64,000 bases of DNA, taken from assembly GCA_973895155.1 (NCBI GenBank), contig OZ316893.1, positions 12,726,359 to 12,790,358 on the forward strand, in the 5' to 3' direction. Every line of letters starts with the position of its first letter. The stretch's first letter is position 1. This DNA is from Marsupella aquatica (taxonomy: Eukaryota; Plantae; Marchantiophyta). A model generated the notes under the pieces. That model saw only the letters and a list, made by a program, of their open reading frames with translations. It was not told where the DNA came from and searched no databases. This document shows positions 25,553 through 36,300 of the stretch, one piece after another. The translations under genes were made by a program, and so were the position numbers.

Positions 25553-26027
25553 TGTTGGGTATTTACTCTTACGTCTAGGTTAGGTATGACGTGGTTGGTA
25601 CAACAACGTGGGTTGGTACAACTACGTGGTTAGGTACAACTATGTGATTAGGTACAACTATGTGGTTAGGTACAACTACGTGATTAGGTACAACTATGTG
25701 GTTAGGTACAACTACGTGATTAGGTACAACTATGTGGTTAGGTACAACTATGTGGTTAGGTACAACTAAGTTGCACACTATATCATAAGAGGCATGTGTG
25801 CTTGGAGAGGTAGAACCAAGGCTCATTGTTATGGAGCCACTTGAGAGATAGGGAGAGCTTACACTGTGGAGACTCGGTATAGCCGACGGGCTTAGAGTTC
25901 AGTAAAGCTCTCTTGTGTGTTCCCGTGGACGTAGCCTCAAGGAGGTGAACCACGTATCTCTTGTGTCGACTATTGTGCGTTGGATGGTTCATGGGCTTGC
26001 CGTTGCGATCGTCGTCTATGCTCAACA
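25553..26027 (+). repeat. copia 3' LTR
   Basis: Direct repeat of 19424-19898, followed by TSD CAGAA. Confidence 0.96.
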
Positions 26028-26109
26028 CAGAAGAGAAAAACAGGAAAAACAAAAGAATAAGAAAAAAACACCTCTGATTTTGTTATTCTTATGTGGTCGT
26101 CATAGCCCA

Positions 26110-27110
26110 TCTTTTTTGCAACATTTGACATATTTTATTCAAGAATATTTGTTGTGCAAGGTGAAAAAATATGTAAAAAATACTATGTTCTTTTTATCAA
26201 ACTATTATAGTGATATCTTTTTATACTCCAGCATCCCGTATTTTGCACAATTATATCTTTACTCAACAACAGTTTTTGTGCAATAATATATTCTAAAAAA
26301 GAATTTTGTTATTCAGCAATGTGTTTTACACCACGATATACTTCCCAACAACATCTTTAGCATAATGATATCTTTAATTAAATGACATCTTTATGCATCG
26401 CATGGGGATCCCGGCGGGGATTGATAGTACAGCGACTCAACGGCCATTTTTGCTCAACCCGGGGCTAAACCCTAACCCTAAACTCTAACCCTAAACCTAT
26501 CATATAATGTTGTGCCAATTTATATTGCCACAACAATCCTGAGTTTTGGGGGTCTCACTATATGGATGTCTCCCCATCACCTACGACGTTTTTAGGCCTT
26601 GGATCTCCTAAAATGTAAGAAAAATATATATTTTTCAACCCCTATAAATTTTTCAACTCTAAAAAATTGATTATAAGGATCCTAATGTTCTTCTCAATTA
26701 TAAATCTAGAGAGAAGACTCTATTGTTCTTCTCATAAAATTCTTAAGTCTTCCCTTTGAACCATATAATGACCGTATAGTGCGTTGCAAGTGATGTGCCA
26801 TTTTTGTGGAAGTGAAACCCCCAAGTCTTGAGTGACTCTTGGTCGACTCATTCCTTCCTTCCTTGACCTTTTACTTCACAATGTCTTTTACATATTAATG
26901 ACATCTTGGGTGGAACAATACATTTTTTCTTACAAGTCTTTTACTTCACCATATCTTTGGCAAACTGACACTATTTTTAATTTGTTAACAACATCGTTGG
27001 CAAAACAACTTTTTTGTTGTTAACGACATCTTTCACATAACATCTTGGGAGACACAACATATATTTTCTTATTACAACATCTTTTGTGCAATGCACGAGT
27101 ACTGAGCTAG
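26110..27110 (+). mobile_element. Non-autonomous Helitron-like element (3' end at 27110), interrupted by a MITE
   Basis: Recurrent ACAACATCTTT units and a 3' hairpin GTGC-AAT-GCAC followed by CTAG|T. The 5' boundary is not resolved. Confidence 0.5.
26545..26825. mobile_element. MITE, CTCGGGGG-TIR family (older copy of 63506-63802)
   Basis: Ends TTTGGGGGTCTCACT and AGTGAAACCCCCAAG. 8-bp TSD TCCTGAGT/TCTTGAGT (1 mismatch). Internal sequence is collinear with 63506-63802. Confidence 0.85.
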
Positions 27111-27219
27111 TGTCACATAAGAATCATCTCATGTACTATGTATTCTACTATAAAAATAAGTATATCATTTGATACTCCTGGAGTCCTAGTCGATCAATTA
27201 ATAGAAGAGTACACAAAAA

Positions 27220-27880
27220 TCTTGTCATGCCCATAAAACTTTCCTTTCATCTTGTGTACTTTCATATCCTAAACTATAATACAAGGTTGCGCCTTTTTAT
27301 GAAGTGGTCGTCATTCAAATTTCCAGTGTCCAAAAAACATTAATCATGTCAAAGAGAAGGAATAAAGGTTATATTAAATTTAGTGTGCACCAAAAAGTAA
27401 TAAATACATTCCAAACAAACGGGGAATCAAATGGGAGACACTAAAGTAGGGAGCCAATGCTAGAACCAATGGGGCACACAAAACAAGAAAGTGAATGTAC
27501 ATGCATGAGTATCAAGGAGGTATACACATGAAATACAAAAGTACATAATATATATGATACTATATATTATTGTAACTATTATAATATTGCAAAATATAAT
27601 AACGATAGTAATTTAATTAAAATAAGTTAATTAAAAATAGGTTAGATTACAAAGACCATATCAAAAGCTATAATAAAATGTTACTTTTTTTAATTATAGT
27701 AGTCATTCAAATTTGCAATATCCCCAAAATGAAAAACATGAAAGAATGATTTCTTTTGTGAATGAAAATGGAGAGCAATGTTTCCAAGCACAAAATGAAT
27801 TTAATAGTACAAAGAAAATAAGGAGGGTCTCTAGCAATGCAAGAGTATCAAGGAGACCTCCCTTTACCATGTACCACTAT
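27220..27880 (+). repeat. Dispersed AT-rich repeat related to ~18555-18985
   Basis: Shares the same ordered sequence blocks as 18555-18985. Confidence 0.5.
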
Positions 27881-27969
27881 AATCATGATCCACTCCCTTT
27901 ACAAACTATAAAAAGTGACAATCAATTTTGAATGTTTATCAAAACATAATTGTTTCCACACTTTAAGAT

Positions 27970-28105
27970 TGTTGTGCGCATACACATCGCTACACAACAT
28001 ACATCGCTTGTCACACATATCCAAGCATAGTCACAATCTAACGACACAAACCTAAGAGAATGATCTACAAATGGAACCCATGTCCATACATGCCCAAAAC
28101 CCACA
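27970..28105 (-). repeat. Putative short 3' LTR of the gypsy element
   Basis: On the minus strand a purine-rich tract AGGGGAGCGAT is followed by TGTGGG...CACAACA (136 bp). The partner LTR is not in the window, so this is unconfirmed. Confidence 0.45.
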
Positions 28106-28280
28106 ATCGCTCCCCTAGCTGGAAGTGAGGTCCCCTAACTCTAGCTAGCCATGAGTTCTACAAGGTTGATATACACCTTTTTAGGTGTGAAGATCAGGAG
28201 GCCGGGTGCAAGTGAGCCCCATCGATCACCTACCTGCAATCTATATCTTCCATGAGAACACGAATGATAACTAGTCGGCA

Positions 28281-31200
28281 TCACCGACATTGAGGACACA
28301 ACCATGATCCACTAGGAATCATGTGCAAGGGTGGTGTCAAACACGACATGTGCCATCCTCTAGAACACCGATCACAAATCAACATAGTAGCTGCTCCCTG
28401 AGCAGACCCACACAAAATACACTTCAAGCCAGCACGAACATGTGCCAAGCTTGGATCCACAGTACCATCAATGTTTGGAAGATGACATGGCGCACAAAAT
28501 TTACGCACATGATCCTTCCAAACCATACCATCACGTCCTTGCAATATAAGGACTCCAGAAGGCAACACTTCACGCACACGTAAGATTGTTCGCCCTACGG
28601 TCACATCAAGCGTTGTTGGTGCTGTCTGCTGCAAATAAACATAATCGCCAGGATGAAATCTTCTAATCCTCGTGCGATAACCTCCTCCACGAATAGTAGC
28701 ATACCGCAAAGTATCACGATGTTGGGCAATAGCAAGGTTGTCAAAGGCCATGGGCATGACTCTCTCAAAAACTAGTGCCCTGTCTGAACAAACCTTGACC
28801 CAAACATTTGGATCATCCAAATCCACAATAGTTGCAACATCACGACGAATAGCCGCTGGCAAATCTGGTTCTCTACCATAGAGCAAGAAATAAGGTGAAA
28901 AGGATGCAAGTGATGCTTGTCGACTGAAACGGTAGCCCATAGCTAACCAAGGTAGTTGGAAATCCCAGTCTCCCAAATGACCAACCTGCAAGCCATACTT
29001 ACGCAATCCTCTCTTCACAGTTTGTACAACTCTTTCTGCCAATCCATCTGCCTCAGGATGATCGCGAGAAGTAGTACGATGATCAATCAAAGCTTGCTCA
29101 CACAAACCCTCAAAATCTCCACGGAATTCCGTGCCCTGATCAGTCAACACCTCAGCTGGTGCTCCAAAGTGACTGAGTACTCGATCCAAAAATGTGGTAG
29201 CCACTCCACTAGCTTTATCTGGCAATGCCACTAGTTCAATCCACTTGGAGAAGTGCTCCACCATAACCAAAACATACCGATTGTGACGTTGGGTAAGAGG
29301 CAATGGACCAGCAAAGTCCAAATTCCATCGATATCCCAAACCCATGATCGGTAGCGGATGCAACTGGGGAGTGGGAGCATTGAACGATGCTCGCACTCGA
29401 TCACAAACCACACACTTAGCTATCAATTGCTGGACATCAGTGTGCATACCACGCCACCAATACTGTGTCTGCAGCAAGCTATAAGTGCGCTTTACACCAA
29501 AGTGCCCTAACTCTTCGTGCGCATGTCGCACCAAATGTACTCGTTGTGACGGTTTTGGTACAACCAACACCTTCCCATCACGTAGTACCCTCAAAAGATG
29601 GTTTCCTTCCCATCGAAATCTCTTGGCTCGTTGTAGAACCCTATCACGCTCCTTAGCATCAACATTGCCACCAATGGAGCCACCATGCAAATATTCCAAC
29701 ACTCTCATATCGTTGTGAATATCTTGCTGTCCAAAAACTACATCACCAACATCCATATCCGAAGACACATCATCTACTCCATCCAATGAAGTAAAGTCTA
29801 CGGATCCACTGCATGCTGGCACCCAACAAAGGAAAGCAGATGCATGCCATCCTGGCACCATCTCCTTATCTGTCTCATCATGCCATCGGGCTCCAGTCTC
29901 ATCCATTTGACTGGTACATGGATTGCGGCTCAACCCATCTGCATCCAAATTCACTTTTCCAGGTCTATGCACAACCTGAAAATCATACTCTTGCAACAAC
30001 AATGCCCATCGTGCAAGCTTCCCTCTAAGCTTATCAGACTCCATTAACCACTTGAGAGGTTGATGATCAGTGATCAAGGTGAACAAATTACCAAACAAAT
30101 ACCAACGGAAATGTGCCACAGCCCACACTGTTGCCAAACACTCTCCCTCATAAGAGCTATACTTAGCCTCTGCTGAATTGTTGGATCTACTGACATACGC
30201 CACAACAAACTCATTCCCCTCATCATCCTTCTGAGTCAACACTGCTCCAAGTCCTACTCCACTCCAATTAGTGTGAAGCTGAAATGGTCGCCCTGAAATG
30301 GGTCTTCTCAAAATAGGTGTTGACGCCAGTCTTTCCTTCAATTCTTGGAAAGCATGCTCCTGGTCGTCTCCCCAAATCCACTCCTGATCCAACTTAGTGA
30401 GTATAGTTAAAGGTAACTTAGCAAGCTGGCTAAATCCTTTAACATACCTCCTATAGTAGCTCGCCAATCCCAAGAATGCACGAACTCTGCTCACATCAGT
30501 AGGACGAGGAATATGTGTAATGGCCTCCACCTTAGTCTGTTGCACACCCAATCCTCCTGGGTAGATAGTGTGGCCCAAATACTCAATCTTCTCTTGAAAG
30601 AACTTACACTTGCCGGGATGGAGCTTCAATCCATGTTCCCTCAATCTCTCAAACACAATCTGCAAGTGTCTCTGATGTTCTTCCACAGTAGAAGAATAAA
30701 CCAAAATATCATCAATATAACATCTGACAAAATCCAAACCTGCAAGGATTCGATCCATGACTCTCTGGAACTCAGCTGGTGCATTCTTCAACCCAAATGG
30801 TAAGAACAACCACTGATACAAACGATCTTTGCCATAAGAATCAATCCCCCAGAATGCTGTCTTGGACCTATCAGAATGCCTAATTGGCAAGTGATGGTAC
30901 CCCGCCCTGAGGTCCAACGAACTAAAAATCCTTGCATGCCCCATTGCATCAAAGATCTCCTCCGGTGTGGGCATGGCATATCGATCAGATTTTGTCTGAC
31001 GATTAATAGGCCGGTAATCACCGCACATTTGCCTATCCGTGTAATTGCCATGCACATTCTTCTTGGCTGGCATCACTGTGGCAGATGCATACTCTCCGTA
31101 TGAAATCTCCACCAAACCAGCTTCCAACAAATCTTGAGTTCTACTCTGAATCAACGCCCTCTCCATATCACTATATCGGTATGGTCGTCGAAAGATTGGC

Positions 31201-31364
31201 GCATCACTAGCCAATTCAATCTGAATACCAGGGCCCTTCAATGTTCCCAAATCCTTCATGCTAAATGCAAAACAATTCCAATAACTCTTCAAGAATTGAT
31301 ACATTCGACGTCTCTCACCCCCTGTCAACTTAGGGCCAATTTGTGGCTCCCAACTCTCCATCAA
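28281..31364 (-). CDS. pol: gypsy Pol C-terminal part: RT, RNase H, integrase, C-terminal PHD finger
   Basis: RT DYRPIN, LPFGLKNAP, YIDD; RNase H LHTNWS (expected D is N), YSSYEGE, TDHQPL; integrase H..GH..CVVC, LDFAGP, TDQG, AER. The end CILC..CDRCSRGWHMSC..WLCPQC is a C4HC3 PHD. Confidence 0.93.
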   Translation of the reverse strand: MMESWEPQIGPKLTGGERRRMYQFLKSYWNCFAFSMKDLGTLKGPGIQIELASDAPIFRRPYRYSDMERALIQSRTQDLLEAGLVEISYGEYASATVMPAKKNVHGNYTDRQMCGDYRPINRQTKSDRYAMPTPEEIFDAMGHARIFSSLDLRAGYHHLPIRHSDRSKTAFWGIDSYGKDRLYQWLFLPFGLKNAPAEFQRVMDRILAGLDFVRCYIDDILVYSSTVEEHQRHLQIVFERLREHGLKLHPGKCKFFQEKIEYLGHTIYPGGLGVQQTKVEAITHIPRPTDVSRVRAFLGLASYYRRYVKGFSQLAKLPLTILTKLDQEWIWGDDQEHAFQELKERLASTPILRRPISGRPFQLHTNWSGVGLGAVLTQKDDEGNEFVVAYVSRSNNSAEAKYSSYEGECLATVWAVAHFRWYLFGNLFTLITDHQPLKWLMESDKLRGKLARWALLLQEYDFQVVHRPGKVNLDADGLSRNPCTSQMDETGARWHDETDKEMVPGWHASAFLCWVPACSGSVDFTSLDGVDDVSSDMDVGDVVFGQQDIHNDMRVLEYLHGGSIGGNVDAKERDRVLQRAKRFRWEGNHLLRVLRDGKVLVVPKPSQRVHLVRHAHEELGHFGVKRTYSLLQTQYWWRGMHTDVQQLIAKCVVCDRVRASFNAPTPQLHPLPIMGLGYRWNLDFAGPLPLTQRHNRYVLVMVEHFSKWIELVALPDKASGVATTFLDRVLSHFGAPAEVLTDQGTEFRGDFEGLCEQALIDHRTTSRDHPEADGLAERVVQTVKRGLRKYGLQVGHLGDWDFQLPWLAMGYRFSRQASLASFSPYFLLYGREPDLPAAIRRDVATIVDLDDPNVWVKVCSDRALVFERVMPMAFDNLAIAQHRDTLRYATIRGGGYRTRIRRFHPGDYVYLQQTAPTTLDVTVGRTILRVREVLPSGVLILQGRDGMVWKDHVRKFCAPCHLPNIDGTVDPSLAHVRAGLKCILCGSAQGAATMLICDRCSRGWHMSCLTPPLHMIPSGSWLCPQCR

Positions 31365-31589
31365 AGCTGTGATGTCTTCCTTTGGGGTTGAAGAGATAGT
31401 CGGTGGTTGCTATTTAGCAACAATTTGAGCAGTCCCAACCTGCTCAACAATCTGTCCTGCCTTGGCCAATCCTGCCATAGGTCCATGGACTGTCTGCTTG
31501 CCCCCAGCTGTGGTCACTACTGTCTCAATAGCCCGCAAGCTCACCAACGGACGATCAGTAACACCAAAAGAGCACATTCGCAATTGTTC

Positions 31590-32550
31590 AGCTAATCCCA
31601 AGCTGATAATCCAAGTCAAGCAATTCAAATCCATGGCTTGACCAAGGACTTGGCGGCGTGAACTCTCTGACACAGAGGCAACCGCAGTGGTGCCAATCAA
31701 AAATCCCATAGCACGCTCTCTTTCATCAGCAGTAGGTTCCACTAATTGCTGTAGAGCTGTATCCCATACAAGTCCAGGCCCACCTGCTCTGAATGCATAT
31801 GAAGTAGAATGGCTCACAAAAGTGGGTAATGCACAACGTGGGCGACCAACTACATTGACCACTACCAATGGAGGTCTGTCAGGCTGGGTCACACCTTGTG
31901 CATGATGCCCTGGATCCAAAATATCATCCACCACCAAGGCTGCTGAGCGAGGAATGCTATCAAATGCTCGCTTCAACACCTCACAAGGTAACAAATTAGT
32001 CCACCACAAGCGTGGACGATGTGCACGAGAACCCACACGTGCAGCATCCAATAACACAGCAGGTCCAATCCAAGACTTAACCTGATGAACGCTGGCAACA
32101 AGTCGATGATGATCATCACCCAATAATGGCACATTCTCCAAAATGTAAGCAGGGGAATATGTCTGATGCAACTGAAGATGACGCAATACCCGTAACATCT
32201 CCCAAAACAATGCAGATCTTGGATCATGAAGTCCATGTCCAACTCCAGCTCTAGATTGACCCTGACATGGCCAACCCGCAATCATCAAATCAATGGGGCC
32301 AATGCGATCCAAATGATCCGCCCCCACCAATGAAATATCAGCTGGCAATGCATGTTGATAACCACGAACGCCATCCACTGGCAATAATTATGGGTAACGT
32401 TTGACCAACAATGCCACATGACGTAATGAGACTCTACGTGCTGTCTCATCAGTCTCCACATACAAATAACGGCACACAGGAATGCCGGCTTGAAGAATGG
32501 CAGCCAATCCAGTGCTAATTCCACCAAATAAATCCAACAAACAAATACCC
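31590..32550 (-). pseudogene. DNMT3-like C5 cytosine DNA methyltransferase domain inside the gypsy polyprotein (one in-frame stop at 32388-32390)
   Basis: Motif I LLDLFGGISTG, II YVETD, IV GPIDLMIAGWPCQ, VI YILENV, VIII AHRPRLWWTNL, IX ERERAMGF, X RQVLGQAM. Same frame as the RT ORF. Confidence 0.9.
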
Positions 32551-32699
32551 TCATGTGGATATTGCCATGCAATAGGAGTAGTATCCAGTGGGGAAAGAGT
32601 CACTGGTCCATTTGCAGTTGATTGCTCTGCTCCTGATTGCGGTGTAAAAGCATGACGCCATGCATCATGTATCAATCGGGCCGCACTTTGTGGCAAGGC

Positions 32700-33318
32700 C
32701 TATCCAGTACCCCATACTGGTGTCATAATACTATCAATGGGCAATCCATGCATGAAGTGTTCCTCATGTGCCTCCTCCACCGTAGGGACATCTACTGCAT
32801 GTGCGTTACCCTCAATCAAATCATCAGCCCAAGTAATCAAACTACTGAATGCTACCAAAGATAATGGTGCAGATTTGGGGCCTCCAACAGGTCCACTAAA
32901 TCGCACTGGCAATTGGCTCAATCGAGCATCTCCAGATTGCCAATCGGGTCGATACGACACCGATTCATTCCAAAAATCAAGAACAAATCCCATAGGATAG
33001 AGAACTGTACATCCCACCAAGACATCATATGACTCAGCCTTAGTCAAAATAGCTCGAGCCTGGATCCGTGAGTTATCCTTTGAATGATCCTCTTGAATCC
33101 TAAGTTCAAGTGCTCGTCGAGTGATATGTTGTGTGGTGTGTAGGTCCTCCCAATGAAGTCTGAATGGGAAAGGGACACTCCTCCAAGTCATCAGGATGCA
33201 ATCCCAATCCTCTTATCGCAAACTTACCCAACATCAAGGACTGAGCACCAGTATCCAATAACACTCGCTTTGGCTGGTATATTGCTCCAGAAGGCCCAAC
33301 TAATCGGAAGATACCACT
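32700..33318 (-). pseudogene. gypsy aspartic protease and linker
   Basis: RVLLDTGAQ active site and YDVLVG C-terminal motif. One frameshift near 33145 and a TAG at 32700. Confidence 0.8.
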
Positions 33319-36300
33319 CCCTGGGCCCTCAGTCTTACTAATACAGGGCGGACGTGCAAACGACGCAAGGGTATTTTTAATACATTGCAAAGTAATTTTT
33401 ATAATAATTTTTAAAGTAGGCAACATCCCCATATATACATTTGGCACAATATTAATAATAAGGTTCTTATCAAATATGTGTCACAAGAATTTTACGCAAG
33501 GTTACCCAAAATGCATAGGACACGCGTCACTCTATGGTTGGTCCACATGTCATCACCTCATTAGTACACATGTCCATGTACTAAATCAATCATTTAATTA
33601 TGTGCTATCCTAAGGCAAGTTTGGTTTAGGGTTTGTGATCCATAAGTTGAGGCAAATGGGTTTAGGGAGACGTGTTTGGGAATTGAGTAGATATTGGGCG
33701 GGGGTCTTTGGGGCCAACTTGGTATCATCCCACATAGACGGATCAGATTAATTCTTGCTTTAATCAGACGGCCAGGTATGAGGCCTAGTGCGGGGCCTGG
33801 TGTATATGCATGCATTAGGGTTTGTGTGCTCTTGTGATCATGGGTGGGTGTCGGGGGGTACCAAGGGGCTGGCCACACGGGTTCAGTCGGGGGTTCACTC
33901 ACCAGCAGGCTCACCAGCTCCCCTTGCCTCATCCTCCTCGCCCCGCTCCCAGTGCCTCGTCATGCGAGGAGTTCCCCGTTCCTCTCTCCCTTGCTCTCTC
34001 CCGCTCCCGCTTGCCAGTTTAGGTCGTGCAATTTCAGATCCGCCATAGCTCTTGTATCTTCTTTGGGCTGCATGCGGGGTGCATCGTGTGTCTATCCTCT
34101 GTTCTTACACAATCAACTTATTGCTTTTGACTCCCCGTCAACTCCTCGCTTGGTAAAGTAAGTGCATGCCACCCTCTTGCTAGTCTGCGTTACAATGTCT
34201 GCCCGTAATCTGATGTGACTCTGTTTTTGTGCATTTTTGTGGGTCTGCCCGTTTTAATGTGGGTTTTTGTAGCTGACAATTTTGGTGTACATGTTCTCAT
34301 GCAGGGTTTTGGCTTGGTTGGACTCGGTGAAAGCCAAAGAGCAGGAAGCAAATCCGGCAGAGGCCCAAGCTTCGAAGGTATTACTTTGCATCCCTTTTTG
34401 TCAATCTAACTGTGATGCCATAAAGCAACCGAAAGCTTCTGAACCAGGTTCTGAACATCAGCTCGTTCATTGCAGATTGCAAGCAATCCATTTTGCAACG
34501 AAGTAACCTATCTTTGGAAAATGATCAAGTGATGTGAGGTGGCAGCATGTACGTTGGCAGGCAGCTTTGCGATTAAGCAGAGGTATAATAAGGATGTAAC
34601 AATAGTTATAACTCCAATCTCATCCCCTATCTCATCCATGCTGCCGCAACTACTTTCGCGCAATCGGACTTCTGAGCTCTTGTCTTGTGTGCTTGCTAGA
34701 GTCAATACAGCGAGAACATTCAAGGTGGGGACCAGCGGAAGTAGGTGAAGGTCAAGGTCAAACTTGAGTACGAGGACAAGGGGGAGGAGGCCCGGGAGGA
34801 GGAAGAGGATTAGAGGACTTGCATGCGTGCCTTCATTTGGTTTCCTGGCGTTTTTGTATAACAAACTGGCTACGGCTACTGCTACTGCTACTGCTACTTC
34901 GCGCGAGGCAAAAGACTTGTGGTGAAATGAGAGCAAGATAGGGGGAACATAAGCGAGGGAAAAAGTTGCCATTGTGAGGTGAGAACACTGCGTAGTTGTG
35001 CTCTCCCCATCTGGTTCATGCATGAGGAAGGCGAGTCAGAAAGAATAGTGGATGTCCATTGCGTTGCGATCCTTTGCGCACCTCCTGCACATAATTTTTT
35101 ATTGAGTACCATTTGACTTGTTTGAAGAGTGTAAAATCCAGGATTGGTGATGATCTCTGTGACAATCACGGGAGCATTTTGGTGAGACTGGCGCCAGGGC
35201 TGCCGATGAATGATTCCCTCCTCTCAGGTGAGTTCATTTCTTTGCTGTATGCATCAGCGGTATCAATCCCATTGTCAGCCTTGGTATACTTAGGTCCCCT
35301 TTCACAACTCCTCTAGCTGAGTTACGACCTCTCCAATCGTTTGCCTTTCGTCCGGGTTGTCCCAGCAGCACACCAGTGCTAATCACGTGATGTTGTCCAT
35401 TTCTCAGTGGGAATATAACCCTCTGATCCGGAGATAAACCCTCCTTCTCCCACGTAGTCCTTCGTGCAAGCTGCCACCTTATATATTTCATGTTATCGTG
35501 TCAGTTGGAGGTCTCCACGAAATTGACTCGATCTTGGGTTCTCCTTGAATACTAAGAATAATGTCGGTCATGTTCCGGATCAGGTTGTTCTGGAGTGGTA
35601 ATGATTTTCCCAGTCATTCTCAGTGGGTCGAGAACTGGAAAGAAGAGGCACCGGAACCAATAGGTGTCCAAACTATTACTGGTTTGAAACCACTGGAGCT
35701 AAATTGAAGCTCGGAAAACTTAGATTGGCTTGCAAGTTCAAAGTAGCTACTGTAAATTGAAGCTCGGCTGAGTATCAACGACATAGTTGTCCCCTAAAAC
35801 CCTACTGCGGTGACATGAATCACCGCGATAGCTTGCAGGTGTTCTACTTGCGGTGGCATGAATCACCGCGATAGCTTGCAGGTGTTCTGTTCCCATTGCT
35901 CGAGATTTTGAAGTGACTCAAACATACCCTCAAAGATCACTTTGGAATCCCAGGAATTTACTACCAAGTAATGCGCTTTTTTAGCTTGCATGGACAATAT
36001 AGCTTTCATAGCCCATACAACACACGGCGGGCCAGCCCGACAAGTCTCTTGGAAGGTTACCTCCCAGCCGGGTTGCAGCTGCTGCTCCCGAGCTGCCACA
36101 CGCCGACCACACTTTTCGTTGACTTCATTTGCTTCAGTCATCGTCTTCCATAACGCTTGGCATACCATGTGAGCTTTACCCCGTAGTGCCTATAAAACTG
36201 TTGTCTTGCTCCAGCCATCTTCTTATTTGTGTTCTTCATGACTCTGTTTCTTCTTCCCTTCGAGTCTCCAATCTTTGCTCTTCAAAACTGTTGCTAAGAA

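Larger units (their letters stand above)
19424..26027 (+). mobile_element. Full-length Ty1/copia LTR retrotransposon, very recent insertion
   Basis: 475-bp TG...CA LTRs (19424-19898, 25553-26027), with one difference that I could spot. TSD CAGAA on both sides. PBS and PPT present. Domain order GAG-PR-INT-RT-RH. Confidence 0.97.

Noticed and set aside
26465-26498. Telomere-like CCCTAA/CCCTAAA run
   Set aside because: Only about 5 degenerate units inside a repeat; not a telomere.
31410-32384. Methyltransferase as a host gene or bacterial restriction-modification contaminant
   Set aside because: Intronless and in frame between retroviral-type protease and RT; no restriction enzyme or bacterial context.
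33309-33320. 10-bp TSD reading (GATACCACTC) suggesting a MULE
   Set aside because: The derived MITE at 40953-41644 fits only an 8-bp TSD with CCCTGGG ends, the TIRs are short, and no MULE motifs are seen.
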